Shown here: positions 34,460 to 44,465 of the stretch, piece after piece | How positions within the stretch are numbered: position 1 is the first letter of the stretch | Layout of the letters: each line of letters starts with the position of its first letter | Source of the DNA: Syntrophales bacterium | GTDB lineage: Bacteria > Desulfobacterota > Syntrophia > Syntrophales > PHBD01 | Direction of reading: 5' to 3' | Assembly: GCA_963668175.1 (NCBI GenBank) | Contig: OY764159.1 | Span: forward strand, 2,016,001 to 2,080,000 | Length of the DNA stretch: 64,000 nt | The notes under the pieces: generated by a model | The model's input: only the letters and a program-made list of their open reading frames with translations | Database searches by the model: none | What the model was told of the DNA's origin: nothing | Translations under genes and position numbers: made by a program

Positions 34460-35407
34460 ATGTTAAAGAGTGCCGCCGATTATCTCGTCTTCAACCTGAT
34501 GGGTTTCCAGCCGGGGACCCACAGCGGGGAAGCCGTCAACTTCTTCGTCTACGACACGGCCAAGGTCTTTCTCCTGCTCATCGTCATTATTTTTGCCGTG
34601 GCGGTCATCCGCAGCTTCTTCCCGCCGGAGCGGGCGAGGAAGCTCCTGAGCCATAAGCGGGAGTATGTGGGCAACACCCTTGCGGCGCTCCTCGGCATCG
34701 TCACGCCCTTCTGCTCGTGCTCCGCCGTGCCGATGTTCATCGGCTTCATCGAAGCCGGCCTGCCGCTCGGCGTCACCTTCTCCTTCCTCATCTCGTCGCC
34801 CGCCGTGAACGAGGTCGCCCTGATCATGCTCTGGGGGCTCTTCGGCTGGAAGGTCGCCCTCATCTACACGGCCACGGGCGTCATCATCGCCATCATCGCG
34901 GGGATCGTGATCGGGAAGCTGAACCTGGAAAACCAGGTGGAGGACTACGTCTACGAGATCAGGATGGGCGAGGCCGTCGTCATCGTGCCGACGTGGAAGG
35001 AGCGGCTGACCTATGCGCGGGACTACACGAAGGACATCCTGAAGCGCGTGTGGCTCTTCGTGCTCCTCGGCATCGGCCTGGGCGGCCTGATCCACGGCTA
35101 CGTGCCGATTGATTTCGTCGTCAAGTACGCCGGGCCGGACAACCCCTTCGCCGTCATCGTCGCGGTCATCCTCGGGGTGCCGCTTTACTCCAACGCCGCC
35201 GGGACCATTCCCATCGTCCAGGCGCTCGTCGGCAAGGGACTGCCCATGGGCACGGCGCTGGCCTTCATGATGGCGATCGTCGCCATCTCGCCGCCTGAGA
35301 TGATCATCCTGCGCAAGGTGATCAAGCCCAAGCTCATCGCCATTTTTGCCGGGGTCGTGTCGGCGGCCATCGTCGTCGTCGGCTACCTCTTCAACGCCAT
35401 TTTATAG
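34460..35407 (+). CDS. ArsP/DUF318-family permease
   Basis: TPFCSCSAVP, FSFLISSP, GVPLYSN, ISPPEMIIL; multiple TMs. Confidence 0.88.
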   Translation: MLKSAADYLVFNLMGFQPGTHSGEAVNFFVYDTAKVFLLLIVIIFAVAVIRSFFPPERARKLLSHKREYVGNTLAALLGIVTPFCSCSAVPMFIGFIEAGLPLGVTFSFLISSPAVNEVALIMLWGLFGWKVALIYTATGVIIAIIAGIVIGKLNLENQVEDYVYEIRMGEAVVIVPTWKERLTYARDYTKDILKRVWLFVLLGIGLGGLIHGYVPIDFVVKYAGPDNPFAVIVAVILGVPLYSNAAGTIPIVQALVGKGLPMGTALAFMMAIVAISPPEMIILRKVIKPKLIAIFAGVVSAAIVVVGYLFNAIL

Positions 35408-35416
35408 AAGGGAGTT

Positions 35417-35650
35417 ATGAAAATGAAGATTCAGATCCTGGGGCCGGGCTGCGCCAACTGCGAGAAGCTCGCCAAGAACGCCGCCGAGGCCTGCAAGGCC
35501 AGGGGGCTCGAGTGCGAGATCGTGAAAGTCACGGACATGAAGGATATCCTGAGTATGGGCGTCATGCAGACGCCGGGCCTCGCCGTGGACGGGAAGGTGA
35601 AGAGCGTGGGCAGGGTGCTGTCGGCGGCGGACATCGAGAAACTCCTCTAA
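35417..35650 (+). CDS. Small redox-active disulfide protein (MTH895-like thioredoxin)
   Basis: IQILGPGCANC, GVMQTPGLAVDG. Confidence 0.9.
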   Translation: MKMKIQILGPGCANCEKLAKNAAEACKARGLECEIVKVTDMKDILSMGVMQTPGLAVDGKVKSVGRVLSAADIEKLL

Positions 35651-35846
35651 GAGGCAGTTGAAAAACGCCCATCTGCCGTGTTGTTTATCACCTTCAGGTG
35701 ACGCTTCGTCCCTCGGATGCTCACGTACCCTTATGTACGCTCCGCTCCTCGGCCCTCGCGCGCCTTGCAGCTGGACGTTTTTGAGCACCCCCTATACAGG
35801 GGGCATGGCCTGCGCAACATCGCGTTTTTTGACAAGCGGACATTAA
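35648..35846. repeat. MITE/REP-like element, copy 1
   Basis: Shares 46/48 and 40/43 nt blocks with 48639-48874; ends GTTGAAAAA...TTTTTGAC; internal hairpins. Confidence 0.8.
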
Positions 35847-35928
35847 ACAACCATTCGGCAGCGGACGGATGAATGCCCGGCCGCAGGCCGAGAGTCGAAC
35901 CATCTTCTTTTAAAGGGGGAAAAGGATT

Positions 35929-36303
35929 ATGTCGGAACAAAAAGCAACATGCTGCAGCGGAGAAGTCAAGACGCTGGTCCTGGCCTGTTCGGGCGGATCG
36001 AACGTGGGGCAGGTATCGAACAACGTCATGGTGGAACTGGACAAGAAGGGGCTGGGGAGCGGCTTCTGCCTGATCGGCCTGGGGGCGGACCTTTCGGGCT
36101 TCGTCGAAAGCTCGAAGGCGGCAAGGACGATCCTGATCGACGGCTGCACGGTGGCCTGCGGCAAGAAGGTCTTTGCCAAGCACGGCATCGAACCGTCGCA
36201 CTATTTTGTCGTGACCGATTTCGGCATCGAGAAGAAGCACGCCTTCGACACCCTCGCCGAAGAGACGGACCGGGCGCTGGGCAGAATCGTCCCGCAAATC
36301 TGA
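35929..36303 (+). CDS. DGC-domain putative zinc-binding protein
   Basis: [23 protein letters not shown]-terminal CC. Confidence 0.88.
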   Translation: MSEQKATCCSGEVKTLVLACSGGSNVGQVSNNVMVELDKKGLGSGFCLIGLGADLSGFVESSKAARTILIDGCTVACGKKVFAKHGIEPSHYFVVTDFGIEKKHAFDTLAEETDRALGRIVPQI

Positions 36304-36401
36304 CGGCAGACAGGGACGCGGTCTTATTACCCGACGGCGCGACGTATCCATGCGGACGACGCCATCGTACAGTCGCATCCTGCACAGGAGAATCAATCAT
36401 T

Positions 36402-37493
36402 ATGGTACAGACAACGGTAAAACGCCTCGGTTTTCTCGATCGCTTTCTCACGCTCTGGATTTTTGCCGCGATGCTGATCGGCGTCCTCTGGGGTTACTTC
36501 TATCCAGGCATCCGGGAGACGATCAACGCCTTCCAGGCGGGCACCACCAACATCCCCATCGCCATCGGCCTGATCCTCATGATGTATCCGCCGCTCGCGC
36601 GCGTCCGTTACGAAGAGCTGGGCAAGGTCTTCCGCAATATCCGGATTCTCGGCCTTTCGCTGGTCCTCAACTGGATCGTGGGGCCGGTGCTGATGTTCGT
36701 GCTCGCCGTCGTCTTCCTGTCCGCGCACCAGGAATACATGGTGGGATTGATCCTGGTCGGCCTCGCCCGGTGCATCGCCATGGTCATCGTCTGGAACGAA
36801 CTGGCCGAAGGGAACAGGGAATACTGCGCGGGGCTCGTCGCCTTCAACGCCATCTTCCAGATGCTCCTCTATGCGGTCTACGCCTATTTCTTCATTACCG
36901 TACTGCCGGGATGGCTGGGCCTCAAGGGCATGACGGTGAATGTCGCCATGACCGATGTCGTGAAGACGGTCCTCGTCTATCTCGGCATCCCTTTCTTCGC
37001 CGGCATGCTGTCCCGGTATTTCCTGATCCGTTCCAAAGGAAGGGAATGGTACGAGGAGAAGTTCATCCCCCGGATCAGCCCGATTACGCTCGTGGCGCTG
37101 CTCTTCACGATCCTCGTCATGTTTTCGCTGAAGGGCGAGTACATCGTCCAGCTTCCGCTGGACGTCGTCCGGATTGCCATCCCGCTCACGATTTATTTTC
37201 TCCTGATGTTCTTCGCGACCTTTTATTTTTCCCGGAAAATCGGGGCCGACTATGCCACCGCCTCGACACTCTCCTTCACGTCGGCGTCGAACGATTTCGA
37301 ATTGGCCATCGCCGTGGCCGTCGCCGTCTTCGGCATCGATTCCAGCCAGGCCTTCGCCACGGTCATCGGCCCCCTGATGGAGGTTCCGGTGCTCATCGCC
37401 CTAGTGAATGCGGCCCTCTATTTCCGGAAAAAGTATTTTCCCTATGCCGTGGAAACCCCGGCAGGGGTCTGTTACATGAGCTGTAAGGAATGA
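36402..37493 (+). CDS. acr3: Acr3-family arsenite efflux permease
   Basis: [60 protein letters not shown]. Confidence 0.95.
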   Translation: MVQTTVKRLGFLDRFLTLWIFAAMLIGVLWGYFYPGIRETINAFQAGTTNIPIAIGLILMMYPPLARVRYEELGKVFRNIRILGLSLVLNWIVGPVLMFVLAVVFLSAHQEYMVGLILVGLARCIAMVIVWNELAEGNREYCAGLVAFNAIFQMLLYAVYAYFFITVLPGWLGLKGMTVNVAMTDVVKTVLVYLGIPFFAGMLSRYFLIRSKGREWYEEKFIPRISPITLVALLFTILVMFSLKGEYIVQLPLDVVRIAIPLTIYFLLMFFATFYFSRKIGADYATASTLSFTSASNDFELAIAVAVAVFGIDSSQAFATVIGPLMEVPVLIALVNAALYFRKKYFPYAVETPAGVCYMSCKE

Positions 37494-37513
37494 CGTATTA
37501 AAGGAGAGAAACC

Positions 37514-37957
37514 ATGGGTGCCGTCGAGCGGGTCCTTTTCGTCTGCGTCCACAACAGCGCCCGCAGCCAGATGGCGGAGGCCTGGATGAACCGCCTGTGC
37601 GGGGACCGGTTCCGGGCGTCGAGTGCGGGCCTTGAGCCGGGGAAGCTGAATCCCCTGGTCGTGGCTGTTATGAAGGAAACGGGGATCGACCTGTCGGGCA
37701 AGGCCACGCGGGGAATCGACGACGTCGTCGCAGCGGGCGAGACGTTCGACTATGTCGTCACCGTCTGCGACGAGGCCTCGGCGGAGCGCTGCCCCTATTT
37801 TCCGGGGCAGGGCAGGCGGCTGCACATGGGCTTCGCCGATCCGGGCGCCGTGGAAGGAACGGACGAGGAGAAGCTGCGCACGATCCGGGCGATCCGGGAT
37901 TCCATCAGGGAGGCCGTGGATGCCTTCTGCCGCTACCGCGCCCGAAGGGACGTTTGA
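37514..37957 (+). CDS. arsC: Thioredoxin-coupled (LMW-PTP type) arsenate reductase
   Basis: FVCVHNSARSQMAEA, VTVCD..ERCPYFPG, DP. Confidence 0.93.
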   Translation: MGAVERVLFVCVHNSARSQMAEAWMNRLCGDRFRASSAGLEPGKLNPLVVAVMKETGIDLSGKATRGIDDVVAAGETFDYVVTVCDEASAERCPYFPGQGRRLHMGFADPGAVEGTDEEKLRTIRAIRDSIREAVDAFCRYRARRDV

Positions 37958-38059
37958 TCGAAAAAGCGTCCCCGGCAGCGCCGCCGGTCATGCCATGACG
38001 GCCTCATAACGCAGCATGGGGGGCGTAAGGGCTTTGTCCCCTTTCCTTAACATTGGCGG

Positions 38060-39130
38060 GTGAAGATGTTGAAACAGCCGATGTCCATAGCCGCCGTGCG
38101 GTCGCACCTGGCTTCCCGCCTCAGGACATGGTGGGAGCTGGAATGGATGCCCTGGCTCGACTGGGTGCAGGTCGAGGTCACCTCGCGCTGCAACGCCGCC
38201 TGCATCTATTGCCCGAGAACGGTCTACGGCCCCCGGTGGAAGAACCGGGACCTCTCCCCCGACACCTTTGAGAAGCTGCTGCCCGTTCTCTCCAAGACGA
38301 AGATGGTGCATCTGCAGGGATGGGGCGAACCGCTGCTGCACGGGCACTTTTACGACCTGGTTGCCCGCATCAAAAAAGCGGGATGCAGGGTGGGCACGAC
38401 GACCAACGGCATGCTCCTCGACCGCCGGGAGATAGGGAAGCTGGTGGCCTGCGGCATCGACCACGTCGCGTTTTCCCTGACGGGTATCGGCGAAAAAAAC
38501 GACGCCGTGCGGAGAGGCACAAGCTTCGAAAAGGTCGTCGAGACCATTGCCGGTATCGCCGCCGGGAAAAAGGCCCTCGGGGTCGAAACGCCCGCCGTCA
38601 ATGTGGCTTATCTGCTTCTCCGCTCCGACCTGCCGAACATCTGCAATATCGTTCCGGCGCTCGCGGGGCTTGGAATCCGGCAGGTCGTCGTCAGCACGCT
38701 CGACTTTGTCCCAGGTGGGGAGCTTCGGGAGGAACAGCTCATCCCCCGGGACGAGGCGGAAAACCGGGAACTGAAATCCGTCCTGGGCAGGCTGGCGGCC
38801 GCGGGCAAACGATCGGGGCTCAACGTCTCCTGCCGCCTGGCTTCGCCGGATGCGGGAGGGAGCGTCTGCACGGAGAATCCCGGCGCGAGCCTCTTCGTGT
38901 CGGCGGACGGGAACGTGTCGCCTTGCGTCTTCACGAATATCCCCGTCTCTGAAGCCTCGCACATCGCCGGGGGCAGGGAGCAGGAGTATCTGCCGCTCAC
39001 GTTCGGCACGGTCGCCGAAAAATCCGTGCCGGTCATCTGGCTGGGGAGCCGCTACAGGGCATTCCGGGACTCCTTCGGTTCGGAGCCCCGTCCCGGCTGC
39101 CTCGCATGTCCGAAACTCCGTGAAATCTGA
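38060..39130 (+). CDS. Radical SAM/SPASM domain protein
   Basis: CNAACIYC, LQGWGEPLL, C-terminal CTENP..VSPC..CLAC; start uncertain. Confidence 0.88.
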   Translation: MKMLKQPMSIAAVRSHLASRLRTWWELEWMPWLDWVQVEVTSRCNAACIYCPRTVYGPRWKNRDLSPDTFEKLLPVLSKTKMVHLQGWGEPLLHGHFYDLVARIKKAGCRVGTTTNGMLLDRREIGKLVACGIDHVAFSLTGIGEKNDAVRRGTSFEKVVETIAGIAAGKKALGVETPAVNVAYLLLRSDLPNICNIVPALAGLGIRQVVVSTLDFVPGGELREEQLIPRDEAENRELKSVLGRLAAAGKRSGLNVSCRLASPDAGGSVCTENPGASLFVSADGNVSPCVFTNIPVSEASHIAGGREQEYLPLTFGTVAEKSVPVIWLGSRYRAFRDSFGSEPRPGCLACPKLREI

Positions 39131-39268
39131 AATGCCTCAAGCATGGGACGATCCGGGGAAAGGCCGGCGCAGGCCCGGCCGATTCGCGTTTCCTATGGGA
39201 GAACGGCGGGGGTGTTCCGCCGTGTGTGCGCGTACGAGCGATTGAACGCCGGAGCGGTTCCGAAGCCG

Positions 39269-41026
39269 TTATGCCGGATTGCGCCCGGCGTCGCCGCCGT
39301 GCTCGTCGAGGATCGACTGCTGCGCCCGCAGCAGGTCGTGAAGCGTGACGATGCCCGCGATCTCTCCCGTCTTCTCGTCGAGCAGAATAATGAAATCGTG
39401 GGGCGCCTCGGTGATCCTGGCGCTCACATCGCGGACGCTCTGGTCCGGCGAACAGACTACCGCGGGGGAAACGGCCGGGCTCTTCCCGCCCGCAAGGAGC
39501 GACGCCATCTGCTCGCGGGTGATGAGGCCCAGACGTTCGCCGTCGGCCTGAAACGGAAAACATCGATAGGGATGGCTGTCGAGGATCTCCCTGAGATGGC
39601 CCGCCTCCGTGCTCCGGACGATCACCGGCTTCCTGTTGGCGATCGACGAGATGGGCAGTTTCTGCCAGCTCTTGATATCCAGGGGAGGGCGGATCTTGAT
39701 CAGTTCGTGGCCGTCCTGCAATAGTATGGCGTCGTAGAAATTCTGCCTGCCGAAGGCGTGCGAGACGACGATGCTGACGACCGCGCCGATCATGAGCCCG
39801 GGGACGAAGGCGAACTGGTGGGTCATCTCGAAGACGATCAGGACCGAAGTCAGGGGGGCCCTGACGACGGCCCCGAGACAGGTGCTCATGCCGACGGCGG
39901 AAAGGATGATGCGGTCGGAAGGCGTCAGGGGGATATGGAAGTTGACGAGGGCGCCGATGAAATAGCCGCACATGCCGCCGAGGAAGAGCGTCGGCGAAAA
40001 GACGCCGCCGCAGGCGCCGAACCCGTAGGACAGAATCGTCGCGGCCAGTTTTGCGGCGACCATGATCCCCGCCACCCACCAGATATAGTCGTTTTCCAGG
40101 GCGCTGGAGAGGTCGTGATATCCCAGGCCGAAGACGCCGAATTTCCCCGTGAAATAATACACGGAAGCGCCGATGATCCAGACAAGGAAACCGCCGCAGC
40201 ACGGGAGAAGCCAGGGGGGCACGGTCTTCTGCCGCATAAGGCGACCCCGGAGAAACAGGGTGGCCTTCTGAAAAAGCGAGCCCGTCACGGCCGCCACCGC
40301 GGCGACGAGAGGCGCGACGGCGTAATGGACCCACGATATCTCTTCGACGGACGGCAGCTTGAAGGCGGGCTGCCTTCCGAGAAGGGCATAGACGACAAAG
40401 GCCCCGATCAGGGCGGCAAGGACGACCCGGCCGATAAAACGGCTGTTGAGGTCCCCCACGAACTCTTCCAGGATGAACGTGACCGCCGCCAGCGGCGCGT
40501 TGAAGGCCGCCGCCAAACCTGCGGCCGCGCCGGTAACGACGGCGAATCTTCTCTGCCTCACGGGGATGCCGAGGGCGCCCGCCACGTTCGACGCAATGCC
40601 GCCGCCGATATAGACCGTCGGTCCTTCCCGTCCCAGGCTGGCCCCGCCTCCGATGCTCAATATTCCTGCCGCGAATTTAACAAGGACGGGCAGAAACGGG
40701 ACATAACCGATCTCCTTCCAGTAGGCGGCCTTGAGCTGCGGTATGCCGCTGCCCGCCGACTCCGGGCTGAAGCGGTAGAGCAGGAGCCCCACGGCGAGGG
40801 ACGACCCCATGATCGTGAGAAAGCTCGCCGCCAGGAAGTATGGGACGGAGCGTCCCGCGAATCCGACGAATGTCCGGTCGAAAAGGTAATTGATGCCGAC
40901 CATGAAGGCGACGGCCGCCGCACCGGCGAACGCGCCGCAAACGATCGTATAGACGAGGACGCGGCTGTTATAGGGCAGGCGCCTGAGGGAAGAGAGCAGC
41001 CGGTCCGATGCTGTTCCGTAATTCAA
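39269..41026 (-). CDS. ClC chloride channel/antiporter with CBS domains
   Basis: GSGIP, GREGP, GGVFSP signatures; C-terminal CBS pair. Confidence 0.93.
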   Translation of the reverse strand: MNYGTASDRLLSSLRRLPYNSRVLVYTIVCGAFAGAAAVAFMVGINYLFDRTFVGFAGRSVPYFLAASFLTIMGSSLAVGLLLYRFSPESAGSGIPQLKAAYWKEIGYVPFLPVLVKFAAGILSIGGGASLGREGPTVYIGGGIASNVAGALGIPVRQRRFAVVTGAAAGLAAAFNAPLAAVTFILEEFVGDLNSRFIGRVVLAALIGAFVVYALLGRQPAFKLPSVEEISWVHYAVAPLVAAVAAVTGSLFQKATLFLRGRLMRQKTVPPWLLPCCGGFLVWIIGASVYYFTGKFGVFGLGYHDLSSALENDYIWWVAGIMVAAKLAATILSYGFGACGGVFSPTLFLGGMCGYFIGALVNFHIPLTPSDRIILSAVGMSTCLGAVVRAPLTSVLIVFEMTHQFAFVPGLMIGAVVSIVVSHAFGRQNFYDAILLQDGHELIKIRPPLDIKSWQKLPISSIANRKPVIVRSTEAGHLREILDSHPYRCFPFQADGERLGLITREQMASLLAGGKSPAVSPAVVCSPDQSVRDVSARITEAPHDFIILLDEKTGEIAGIVTLHDLLRAQQSILDEHGGDAGRNPA

Positions 41027-41207
41027 GAAACGACTCCGGTCGGACAGGTCCGTTCGCTGGAACCATATCCGGTTCTTTAATCTTCAAACAATATATCATA
41101 TTTTTTTATCATGTATATCGATAATTTATCCCTGCCGGACGAAAAGGCCGCCGCGCCGCACACCCGATAAGTCTTTAAGACTGAGGGGCTTAAAAAAACT
41201 TGATTTC

Positions 41208-41233
41208 TATGCTAATCATCTGTATGCTAATCA
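41208..41233 (+). promoter_or_regulatory. 11-bp direct repeat upstream of MarR (candidate operator)
   Basis: TATGCTAATCA at 41208-41218 and 41223-41233. Confidence 0.5.
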
Positions 41234-41276
41234 AATAAAACCGTATCCGGGTGGAAGCCTTCGTTGAAAGGAGCAT

Positions 41277-41816
41277 ATGAAGGATACTGCAAAGCAGGTT
41301 GCAGAAATCGTGGACAACATACGGCGGGTCTTTCAGGTCGTCAACGAGCAATCGCAGAAAGTGAAGCGCGAAACCGGCCTCACGGGTCCGCAGATCTGGA
41401 CCGTCAAGACCATTCTCGACGAGGCCCCCCTGAGCATCAAGGAGCTTGCGCGCCGTGTGTATCTGCATCCTGCAACGGTGGTGGGGATCGTCGACCGCCT
41501 GGAGGAAAACGGCTATGTGACGAGAACGCGGTCCCTGGAAGACCGAAGGGTCGTTCTGGTCGCATTGACGGCGAAGGGAAGGAAACTGGTGGCGAACGCG
41601 CCCGCAGTCATCCAGGGCATCCTTATAACCGGCCTGGAAAAACTGCCGGCGAAAAAACGCAAGATTATCGACGACGGTCTCATCGAACTCGTGAAGATGC
41701 TGGGGATCGAGACCATGCCGCCGCAGCTCATTCTGTCGCAGGATTTGAATGTGCGGAGCCGCACAAAGAGCGGCGCGGGACGCGGGGCAAAGGGAATGAA
41801 GACGAAGAGGGTTTAG
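41277..41816 (+). CDS. MarR family regulator
   Basis: GLTGPQ, ATVVGIVDRLEENGYV.R.RS.EDRR..LTAKG. Confidence 0.92.
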   Translation: MKDTAKQVAEIVDNIRRVFQVVNEQSQKVKRETGLTGPQIWTVKTILDEAPLSIKELARRVYLHPATVVGIVDRLEENGYVTRTRSLEDRRVVLVALTAKGRKLVANAPAVIQGILITGLEKLPAKKRKIIDDGLIELVKMLGIETMPPQLILSQDLNVRSRTKSGAGRGAKGMKTKRV

Positions 41817-41821
41817 CGGTC

Positions 41822-42367
41822 ATGAAGAGAGGGACTTATCGCAGCGTATCCGGATGGTCGATCGGGGTGTGCCTGCTGTCGCTTCTGCTGACCGCCGTTC
41901 CGGCGGGAGCGGATTACAAGACGGGCATGACGGACCAGGTCAAGGGCACATTCAACAGGTTCGCCGAGATGTACGGCAAAAAGGACATCAAGGGGATCAT
42001 GTCCATGTTCGCCGACGATCCGGACATTGTCGCCATCGGGCTCTGCGAAAGGCAGGCGGCGGTCGGACCTGCGGCCGTCAGGAAAATGTTCGAAAGGGAC
42101 ATGTCCTTATCCAAAGCGGCGATCAAGCTCCCATTCGACGTCGTCTCCGTGGACAGCCTGGGGCTTACGGCCTGGATGGCCGCAAGCGTTTACCCCTATG
42201 CCGTCTTGAGTAACGAAAAAATCGTAAAAGGAGTCCAGGGGAGTCTGACCATGGTCTTGAGAAAAATCAAGGGCCAGTGGCGCATTCTTCAGTTGCATTT
42301 TTCCGTCCCCACCGACGGCGGAAGCCTTGTTGGGGGCGATCGGCTGGCAGGGAAAAAGACGCCGTAG
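41822..42367 (+). CDS. Exported NTF2/SnoaL-like protein
   Basis: Signal peptide; KDIKGIMSMFADD, TMVLRK..GQWRILQLHFS. Confidence 0.8.
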   Translation: MKRGTYRSVSGWSIGVCLLSLLLTAVPAGADYKTGMTDQVKGTFNRFAEMYGKKDIKGIMSMFADDPDIVAIGLCERQAAVGPAAVRKMFERDMSLSKAAIKLPFDVVSVDSLGLTAWMAASVYPYAVLSNEKIVKGVQGSLTMVLRKIKGQWRILQLHFSVPTDGGSLVGGDRLAGKKTP

Positions 42368-42501
42368 CCCGGGATGCGCATAAAGCATCTGCGGCGCCGT
42401 TTTTCCAATTCGGCTGCAACAGGGCGGGGCCTCATGCGCATGGAATACCTCCTTTCAGTTTCCAGGCACGCCCCGCTCTGATATGCAGATAAGGATAAGG
42501 C

Positions 42502-42831
42502 ATGAAGGTCGGTTTTGCATCGGTTCCGATGGTCATAAGCAGCCTGCTTCTTGCAGCCTGCACGGGCGACGTTCCTTACGGACCGCCGGGCCCGGGTGGC
42601 CCAGATGGATGGGCGGGCATGATGCGTTACGGATTTCATAGCAGTATCGGCGGCATCGCCGTATGGATCATGTACCTGATCGTCGTCGTTCTACTGATCT
42701 ATATCGTCCTGCATGTCGGGAGTTCCAAACCGCACGACGACACCCCCGTGGACATTTTAAAAAAGCGCTACGCCCGGGGCGAAATTGCGAAAGAGGAATA
42801 CGATAGGATGAGAAAGGACCTGGAAACGTAA
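42502..42831 (+). CDS. SHOCT-domain membrane (lipo)protein
   Basis: LLLAAC lipobox-like, TM helix, ILKKRYARGEIAKEEYDRM. Confidence 0.8.
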   Translation: MKVGFASVPMVISSLLLAACTGDVPYGPPGPGGPDGWAGMMRYGFHSSIGGIAVWIMYLIVVVLLIYIVLHVGSSKPHDDTPVDILKKRYARGEIAKEEYDRMRKDLET

Positions 42832-42997
42832 TTCACGGAGCGGGGCAGCGGAAGCCGGAGCGCCGTGCGCGCAGCTCCTTCGTAAAGGCTTGCCCGCCCT
42901 GTCTGTACGATATGCGAAAATGGAGACAGCAGCCATGGATGAGCAGGAAAACCGCCTGCATCATTCATGTCAATAAATTAATGAAAGGAATGGAGTT

Positions 42998-43525
42998 ATG
43001 GGAAAGATTTTAAGGGTTGTCGTCGTTGCAGGGATTTGTTTATCGTTTATTGCCTTCCTGGGATGCGCGCAGAAAGCGGCGGTCAAGGACGAGAGCGCCG
43101 GAGAGCAGAAAGCCGTGGCGCAGGCTCCGGCGGCCAAACCGCCTGAGGCCAAGGTCGAGGAGCAGAAGAAGCCGGCGGAAGCAGCCGCCGCCTACGAACT
43201 GTCCAACGTTTATTTCGATTTCGACAAGGCCGTTATCAAGAAGGACGCGAAGGACGTTCTCAAGAAGCATGCCGACTGGCTGAAAGCGAACAATGCCGTG
43301 AACGTCACCGTCGCCGGCAACTGCGACGAGAGGGGGACGGCCGAGTATAACCTCGCCCTGGGCCAGAGAAGGGCGAATGCCGCCGCGAAGTTCCTCGTCG
43401 ATTCCGGCGTGGCCAAGAAGAGAGTCAAGACGGTGAGCTACGGCAAGGAAAAACCGCTCGATCCGGGCCATAACGAGGAAGCCTGGGCCAAGAACAGAAG
43501 AGACGAGTTCGTTATCAACAAATAG
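42998..43525 (+). CDS. pal: Peptidoglycan-associated lipoprotein (OmpA family)
   Basis: Lipobox FLGC, VYFDFDK, GNCDERGTAEYNLALGQRRA, SYGKEKP, AKNRR. Confidence 0.93.
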   Translation: MGKILRVVVVAGICLSFIAFLGCAQKAAVKDESAGEQKAVAQAPAAKPPEAKVEEQKKPAEAAAAYELSNVYFDFDKAVIKKDAKDVLKKHADWLKANNAVNVTVAGNCDERGTAEYNLALGQRRANAAAKFLVDSGVAKKRVKTVSYGKEKPLDPGHNEEAWAKNRRDEFVINK

Positions 43526-43748
43526 AAGCGAAGCAGCGTCAGCTTCTAAAATATATCGATGATGCCGCGTACATCCGTCCTGCCGTCCGGAATGCCGGAG
43601 AGCGGGACGGATGACGGCGTTCCTTTTATCCCGTCCGGCCTGACCGGGCGGTGCGATGGCATCCCTTGCTCCGCCCCGCGCCGTTAACGTATATGCAACG
43701 TGCCATCCACCATGCTCTCGCAAAGTATGGTTCTCGGAATCCCCGCGA

Positions 43749-44465
43749 TCACGCCCGTAAAGCAGTCAGCATTTCATGCAGATTGTGTGTCATCAGGCTC
43801 AAATAGACGATCAGCCCCAGATAGAAAGTTGCGTACATGATTTTGCGGGCCGAATCTATATTGCGATGTGAAGGTTCTTCTTCATCGGCAGGTTTATGCT
43901 TCCATGCTTTGATGGCGCCTGGAACAGCGAGAATTGCCATCAATACGAGGATCGGGCTTGGCCTTACGAAGAAGAGGCCGACAAGAATAACGGCCCCCAG
44001 CAGCCATATCTTCGGGCTGACGATTGCCGTGATTCGGCCGCCGTCGAAAGGATACAGAGGGATCAGATTGAACAGGTTCAGGAAAAACCCCGCATAGGCC
44101 AGCGCCAGCAGAAGCGTGCTGTCCGTGTTCCTCGCCAGCACATAGCAGCCTAATGCACCTAGCGTTCCGAGAAATGGTCCCGCAAAGGCAACGTACGCTT
44201 CTATTTCGGGATCAAGGAGAATCTCTTTGAGTTCGATCCACGCGCCCACAAACGGGATGAACACCGGCAATCCCACGTTCAGGCCCTTCTGGCGGGCAGC
44301 GATGTAATGACCGGTCTCATGAAGGAAAAGAAGGGCGACGAAACCGACGGCATACTTCCACCCCAGGACCAGGGAGTATGCGAAGACGGATAAAATCATG
44401 GAACCGCAACTGAGAAGGATTTTACCCAACTTCCCCGCTGTGAGAAGCAGAAACAGTGTCTTCAT
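43749..44465 (-). CDS. Site-2 protease (peptidase M50)
   Basis: HETGH, AFAGP, NLIPLYPFDGG. Confidence 0.92.
   Translation of the reverse strand: MKTLFLLLTAGKLGKILLSCGSMILSVFAYSLVLGWKYAVGFVALLFLHETGHYIAARQKGLNVGLPVFIPFVGAWIELKEILLDPEIEAYVAFAGPFLGTLGALGCYVLARNTDSTLLLALAYAGFFLNLFNLIPLYPFDGGRITAIVSPKIWLLGAVILVGLFFVRPSPILVLMAILAVPGAIKAWKHKPADEEEPSHRNIDSARKIMYATFYLGLIVYLSLMTHNLHEMLTALRA

Noticed and set aside
35658..35846. Small similar ORFs (MKNAHL..; also 48626-48874)
   Set aside because: They are translations of the MITE-like repeat, not evidently protein genes.
35949..36401. 151-aa N-terminal extension of Acr3 in the ORF track
   Set aside because: Overlaps the DGC gene in another frame; Acr3 homology and an AGGAG RBS point to ATG 36402.
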